A DNA stretch of 64,000 nt from an uncultured Alistipes sp. (GTDB lineage Bacteria > Bacteroidota > Bacteroidia > Bacteroidales > Rikenellaceae), in contig CALBQR010000034.1 of assembly GCA_937899895.1 (NCBI GenBank), positions 2,514 through 66,513 on the forward strand, given 5' to 3'. The notes below the pieces were generated by a model, which ran no database searches, was not told the origin of the DNA, and was given only the letters and a program-made list of their open reading frames with translations. Of the stretch, positions 59,033 through 64,000 are shown in pieces. The translations under genes were made by a program, and so were the position numbers. Numbering within the stretch: position 1 is the stretch's first letter; each line of letters begins with the position of its first letter.

Positions 59033-59932
59033 ATGTGGTTAATCTTGGCCTTCGTGTCTGCTGCGATACATGGCTGTTACGATATTTGCAAGAAACGAGC
59101 TCTGCTCAATAATGCGGTATTGCCCGTTCTGTTTTTCAATACATTGTTTTCGGCTCTGATCTTTTTGCCGTTAATCCTTTCGTCGATTTTCGGCTGGGGC
59201 ATTGGTGAGGGAACGCTGTTTGAGGTGCCGTCGCTTGGTTGGGAGGCTCATAAACACGTCTTTATAAAGGCGTGTATCGTGCTAACCTCGTGGATATTCG
59301 GCTACGTGGCAATGAAACATCTGCCGATTACGATCGTTGGCCCGATTAACGCAACACGACCCGTCGGTGTGTTGATTGGTGCTATGTTGATCTTTGGTGA
59401 GCGACTGAATCTCTATCAGTGGATTGGCGTAATTCTGGCAATTGCGGCAATCTTTATGCTCAGCTTTTCGAGCAAAAAGGAGGGTATCGACTTTAAGCAC
59501 AATAAGTGGATTCTGTGCCTGCTTGTAGCGGCATTGGCTGCCATTGCAAGTGGTCTGTACGATAAGTATATAATGATGAAACTTGCGCCGATGTTTGTGC
59601 AGGCGTGGTGTAATTTCTATCTGGCAATCATTATGGGTACGGTGATTATTGCGCTGTGGTACCCGACGCGTAAGAGTACTACCCCGTTCCGTTGGACTTG
59701 GGTAATACTGCTTGTAACGCTCTTCTTGACGGTTGCCGATTTCTTGTATTTCTACTCGCTGGCGCAGGAGGATTCGATGATTTCGATTATTTCGATGGTA
59801 CGTCGCGGATCGGTTGTAGTGTCGTTCTTGGGCGGTGCGTTGATCTTCCGCGAGCGTAATGTGAAGAATAAGGCGGCAGGTCTGTTGCTGATTCTGATCG
59901 GTATGATCTTCCTCTATTTCGGTTCGAGGTAG
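59033..59932 (+). CDS. DMT/EamA family transporter
   Basis: About 10 TM segments in two EamA repeats; IFGERLN, IFRERN. Confidence 0.88.
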   Translation: MWLILAFVSAAIHGCYDICKKRALLNNAVLPVLFFNTLFSALIFLPLILSSIFGWGIGEGTLFEVPSLGWEAHKHVFIKACIVLTSWIFGYVAMKHLPITIVGPINATRPVGVLIGAMLIFGERLNLYQWIGVILAIAAIFMLSFSSKKEGIDFKHNKWILCLLVAALAAIASGLYDKYIMMKLAPMFVQAWCNFYLAIIMGTVIIALWYPTRKSTTPFRWTWVILLVTLFLTVADFLYFYSLAQEDSMISIISMVRRGSVVVSFLGGALIFRERNVKNKAAGLLLILIGMIFLYFGSR

Positions 59933-60058
59933 CTCGAAGTAGAAAATTGCCATATTTGAGGGCGATTTATCGCAGGAAAAGGTGCGCTTTCCCGATTTAT
60001 TTTATAACTTTGTACGTTTTTAATCACAATTCGTACAAAATAAATAATTACATATACG

Positions 60059-62521
60059 ATGAATATCTCTTATAATTGGCTGAAAAATTATTTGAAAACC
60101 GATCTCTCGGCAGAGAAGATCGCTGAAATTCTGACAGATATAGGTCTCGAAGTTGAAGAATTCGAGAAGATCGAAACCATTCGTGGCGGTCTGGCCGGCG
60201 TGGTTGTTGGCGAGGTATTGACCTGCGTAGATCACCCCGATTCGGATCACTTGCACGTAACAACTGTCGATGTCGGTGCAGGCGAGCCGTTGAATATCGT
60301 TTGTGGTGCTCCCAACGTGCGCGTAGGCTTGAAAGTGCTCTGCGCTACCATTGGCGCGGTACTCTACCCGATGGGCGAAACCGAGGGCTTCAAAATCAAG
60401 AAGAGCAAGATTCGCGGTGTCGAGTCGTTCGGTATGCTTTGCGCCGACGATGAGTTGGGTATCGGTGCCGACCACGATGGCATTAAGGAGTTGCCCGCTG
60501 ACGCTCCCGTAGGTATGCCCGCGAAGGAATATCTGAATGTTAAGGACGACTATCTGATCGGTATCGGTCTGACCCCCAATCGTATTGATGCAGCGTCGCA
60601 TATTGGCGTTGCACGCGATTTGGCGGCATATCTGGCTGCTAACGGCCAGTCGGTTGAGCTGACTTGGCCGTCGGTTGATGAGTTCTCGGTCGATAATCAC
60701 GATTTGAAAATTGATGTCGAAGTGGCTAATGCCGAGGCAGCTCCTCGCTATGCGGGTGTAACGGTTACGGGTTGCAAGATCGCTCCGTCGCCCGAATGGT
60801 TGCAGGATTCGTTGCGCGCCGTGGGTATCAACCCCAAGAATAATCTGGTCGATATTACCAACTATATTTTGTTTGAGCTGGGTCAGCCCTTGCACGCTTT
60901 CGATGCTGATAAGATCGAGGGCGGCAAGATCGTTGTTCGCACTTGCGAGGAGGGCACACAGTTCGTAACTCTCGATGGCGTTGAACGCAAGTTGTCGGCG
61001 CAGGATCTGATGATTTGCAATGCTAATAAGCCGATGTGTATCGCAGGCGTATTTGGCGGTTTGGAGTCGGGCGTGAGCGATACGACGACCAACATCTTCA
61101 TCGAGAGTGCATATTTCAACCCTGTTTGGGTGCGTAAGACCGCAAAGCGACACAGCCTTAATACCGATTCGTCGTTCCGTTTTGAGCGCGGTATCGATCC
61201 CGATCGCACGGTCTATGCGCTGAAACGTGCCGCGCTGATGTTCCGCGATCTGGCCGGTGGCAAGATCTCTTCGGAGATCATTGATCTCTACCCTGCTCCG
61301 ATCGCTCCGTTCCGTTTCGATGTTTCGTTGAAGCGCGTGAATGCATTGATCGGTAAGGAGATTCCGGAGCAGACCGTTCGCTCGATCATTGCCGCATTGG
61401 AGGTAGAGATCGAGGCAGAAAAGGATGGCGTTCTGTCGGTGGTAGTTCCTGCATATCGTGTAGATGTGCAGCGTGAGGCCGATTTGATCGAGGATATTTT
61501 GCGAATCTATGGCTACAATAATGTCGAAATTCCCCAGCACGTCAATTCTACCCTTTCGTATGCTCCGAAACCCGACAAGAATAAGATTGTCAATATGGTC
61601 AGCGACCTGCTTACCGATAATGGTTTTGTCGAGATTATGAGCAACTCGCTTACAAAGGGATCGTATTACGAAGGTTTGGAGAGCTACAAGGCCGAGAATT
61701 GCGTTCGTATTATGAATCCGTTGAGTGCAGACCTGAATGTAATGCGCCAGACGTTGCTGTTTAATGCATTGGAGGCTGTTCAGCTCAATGTAAATCACCG
61801 TAATGGCGATTTGAAACTATATGAGTTTGGTAATTGCTACTACTATAACGCCGAGGCAAAGAACGAGGATAACTCGCTGGCTCCCTACTCGGAGAACTAT
61901 CGTTTGGCAATTACGGTAACGGGCGCATCGGCTGCGCAGTCGTGGAATGTACGCGCCGAGAAGTCCGATTTCTATACTCTGCGTGCCGTAGCCGAGAAGG
62001 TTCTGCGTCGCTTCGGTTTGGACATCTACTCGTTAAAGAGCGAGAAGGTGCAGACCGATCTGTTCGCCGAGGCTCTGTCGGTTCAGATCAATGGCAAGGA
62101 GTTGTTGCGTATGGGTGTTGTAGCGTCGAAGATTCGTGCGAAGTTTGATTTGAAGCAGGAGGTCTATTTCCTCGAAATGGATTTCGATCGTCTGTTGAAG
62201 GCATCGAAGAAACATCGCATTGCAGCCGAAGAGTTGTCGAAGTTCCCGGAGGTGAAGCGCGATTTGGCTCTGTTGGTTGATAAGGAGGTAACCTTCGAGA
62301 AATTGCGCTCGATCGCGCTTTCGACCGAAAAGAAATTGTTGAAGAGCGTATCGCTGTTCGATGTTTATGAGGGCGATAAGTTGCCCGCAGGCAAGAAATC
62401 GTACGCTTTGAGTTTCGTTTTGGAGGATAAGAGCCAGACGCTGACCGATAAAGTGATCGACAAGGTGATGAACAACCTTATGTCGCAGTTTGAGCGTCAG
62501 GCAGGTGCTCAGGTGCGCTAA
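60059..62521 (+). CDS. pheT: Phenylalanine-tRNA ligase beta subunit
   Basis: MNISYNWL, IVCGAPNV, LTPNR.D, DITNY, GQPLHAFD, RFERG, RIYGY, FPEVKRDLA, LFDVYEG. Confidence 0.97.
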   Translation: MNISYNWLKNYLKTDLSAEKIAEILTDIGLEVEEFEKIETIRGGLAGVVVGEVLTCVDHPDSDHLHVTTVDVGAGEPLNIVCGAPNVRVGLKVLCATIGAVLYPMGETEGFKIKKSKIRGVESFGMLCADDELGIGADHDGIKELPADAPVGMPAKEYLNVKDDYLIGIGLTPNRIDAASHIGVARDLAAYLAANGQSVELTWPSVDEFSVDNHDLKIDVEVANAEAAPRYAGVTVTGCKIAPSPEWLQDSLRAVGINPKNNLVDITNYILFELGQPLHAFDADKIEGGKIVVRTCEEGTQFVTLDGVERKLSAQDLMICNANKPMCIAGVFGGLESGVSDTTTNIFIESAYFNPVWVRKTAKRHSLNTDSSFRFERGIDPDRTVYALKRAALMFRDLAGGKISSEIIDLYPAPIAPFRFDVSLKRVNALIGKEIPEQTVRSIIAALEVEIEAEKDGVLSVVVPAYRVDVQREADLIEDILRIYGYNNVEIPQHVNSTLSYAPKPDKNKIVNMVSDLLTDNGFVEIMSNSLTKGSYYEGLESYKAENCVRIMNPLSADLNVMRQTLLFNALEAVQLNVNHRNGDLKLYEFGNCYYYNAEAKNEDNSLAPYSENYRLAITVTGASAAQSWNVRAEKSDFYTLRAVAEKVLRRFGLDIYSLKSEKVQTDLFAEALSVQINGKELLRMGVVASKIRAKFDLKQEVYFLEMDFDRLLKASKKHRIAAEELSKFPEVKRDLALLVDKEVTFEKLRSIALSTEKKLLKSVSLFDVYEGDKLPAGKKSYALSFVLEDKSQTLTDKVIDKVMNNLMSQFERQAGAQVR

Positions 62522-62579
62522 ACGTCGGCTGCCCCAGAAAGTGCTACGAATGAAAAACAATTAATAACCAAATAGAACT

Positions 62580-64000
62580 ATGGAGAAAATCTTAATCCTC
62601 GACTTCGGTTCGCAATACACGCAGCTTATCGCTCGCCGCGTGCGCGAATTGAATGTCTATTGCGAGATTCACCCCTACAACAAAGTTCCCAATCTGGACG
62701 AGTTTATCGGTGTGATTCTCTCCGGTAGCCCCGCTTCGGTGCGTAATGAGGACGCTCCGCAGGTCGATCTGTCGCAGATCAAGGGTAAGAAACCTCTGCT
62801 TGGCGTTTGCTATGGCGCGCAGTATCTGTCGCATAATTTCGGCGGTGAGGTTGCTCCGTCGGGTACGCGCGAGTATGGTCGTGCAATGCTGACGGTAGCC
62901 GAACCTAACGACCCCCTGCTCAAAGGTTTGTCGGCGACTACGCAGGTGTGGATGTCGCACGGCGATACCATCGTACGTGTGCCTGAAAATTACAAAATCA
63001 TCGCAAGCACCGAGTCGGTACGTGTAGCTGCTTATCGTATCGAGGGTGAGCAGACTTGGGGTATTCAGTTCCACCCCGAAGTTTATCATTCGACCGAGGG
63101 CAAGGAGTTGTTGCAGAACTTCGTTGTTGGTGTCTGCGGTCATAAGCAGGATTGGACACCTGCCTCGTTTGTCGAGGAGACTGTCGAGAAACTGCGCCAG
63201 CAGATCGGCGATGATAAGGTTGTGCTGGGTCTGTCGGGAGGCGTCGATTCGTCGGTGGCAGCTCTGCTGCTGCATAAGGCAATCGGTAGTCAGCTGACTT
63301 GTATTTTCGTAGATACTGGCTTGTTGCGCAAAAACGAATTTGAGGATGTGATGCAGTCGTATGCCAATATGGGCTTGAATGTAATCGGCGTCGATGCGTC
63401 GGCTAAATTCTATGCTGATTTGGCAGGCGTGAGCGAGCCGGAGCGCAAGCGTAAGATTATCGGTCGCGATTTTATCGAGGTGTTCGATGCAGAAGCACAG
63501 AAACTTACCGAAGTTAAATGGCTGGCTCAGGGTACGATCTATCCCGATGTGATTGAGTCGGTTAGCGTCAAAGGCCCTTCGGCAACCATTAAGTCGCACC
63601 ACAATGTAGGCGGTCTGCCCGAAAAGATGAACTTGAAGATCGTTGAGCCGCTGCGTCTGCTCTTTAAGGACGAGGTGCGTCGTGTCGGTCGTGAGCTGGG
63701 GCTTGATCCGCTGTTGTTGGGTCGCCATCCCTTCCCCGGTCCGGGTCTTGCAATCCGTATCTTGGGTGATATCACTCCCGAAAAGGTTGCAATTTTGCAG
63801 GAGGCTGATAAGATCTATATCGACGGTCTGCGCGAGTGGGGTCTGTACGATAAGATCTGGCAGGCAGGCGTTATTCTGCTGCCCGTTCAGAGCGTAGGCG
63901 TTATGGGCGATGAGCGTACTTACGAGAATTGCGTAGCTCTGCGTGCCGTAACCTCGACTGATGGTATGACTGCCGATTGGTATCCTCTGCCTTACGATTT
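62580..64000 (+). CDS. guaA: GMP synthase (glutamine-hydrolysing), 3' end runs off the window
   Basis: Manual translation [23 protein letters not shown]...GVCYGAQ...WMSHGD...QFHPEV...SGGVDS...IKSHHNVGG...RHPFPGPGL. Confidence 0.97.
   Translation, partial: MEKILILDFGSQYTQLIARRVRELNVYCEIHPYNKVPNLDEFIGVILSGSPASVRNEDAPQVDLSQIKGKKPLLGVCYGAQYLSHNFGGEVAPSGTREYGRAMLTVAEPNDPLLKGLSATTQVWMSHGDTIVRVPENYKIIASTESVRVAAYRIEGEQTWGIQFHPEVYHSTEGKELLQNFVVGVCGHKQDWTPASFVEETVEKLRQQIGDDKVVLGLSGGVDSSVAALLLHKAIGSQLTCIFVDTGLLRKNEFEDVMQSYANMGLNVIGVDASAKFYADLAGVSEPERKRKIIGRDFIEVFDAEAQKLTEVKWLAQGTIYPDVIESVSVKGPSATIKSHHNVGGLPEKMNLKIVEPLRLLFKDEVRRVGRELGLDPLLLGRHPFPGPGLAIRILGDITPEKVAILQEADKIYIDGLREWGLYDKIWQAGVILLPVQSVGVMGDERTYENCVALRAVTSTDGMTADWYPLPYD

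Noticed and set aside
60020..61798. 592-aa antisense ORF opposite pheT (similar ones opposite guaA, rho, floA, recQ, thrA and lepA)
   Set aside because: Shadow frames of strongly codon-biased housekeeping genes; no recognisable motifs.

Overview
Chromosomal window from a Bacteroidota organism, most consistent with Rikenellaceae/Alistipes-like lineages. This rests on the TTTG-N19-21-TAnnTTTG promoters, UpxY, Rho with an N-terminal insertion and the overall gene content. Most of the window is housekeeping genes (lptF/G, mtaB, trkH, nfeD-floA, aroA, lptB, recQ, rsmA, miaA, rho, thrA, lepA, lysA, pheT, guaA) plus tRNA-Leu(TAA) and tRNA-Gly(CCC). An AT-rich, UpxY-led surface-polysaccharide locus (28.3-44.0 kb) ends in a GtrA/GtrB module with two GT-C-like membrane proteins. 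The most unusual structures are: (1) a 1.8-kb glycosyltransferase cassette bracketed by two copies of the last 60 bp of thrA, each followed by a homologous terminator; (2) in that cassette, a promoter, a G9-containing leader ORF and an intrinsic terminator upstream of the GT gene, which could be a slippage-controlled attenuator; (3) an unannotated ~110-nt structured RNA with its own promoter and terminator downstream of aroA; (4) tandem ~900-aa secreted paralogs sharing a 203-bp identical 3' tract. No integrase, transposase, reverse transcriptase or CRISPR array was seen. All family assignments come from motif recognition by eye, not from database searches.
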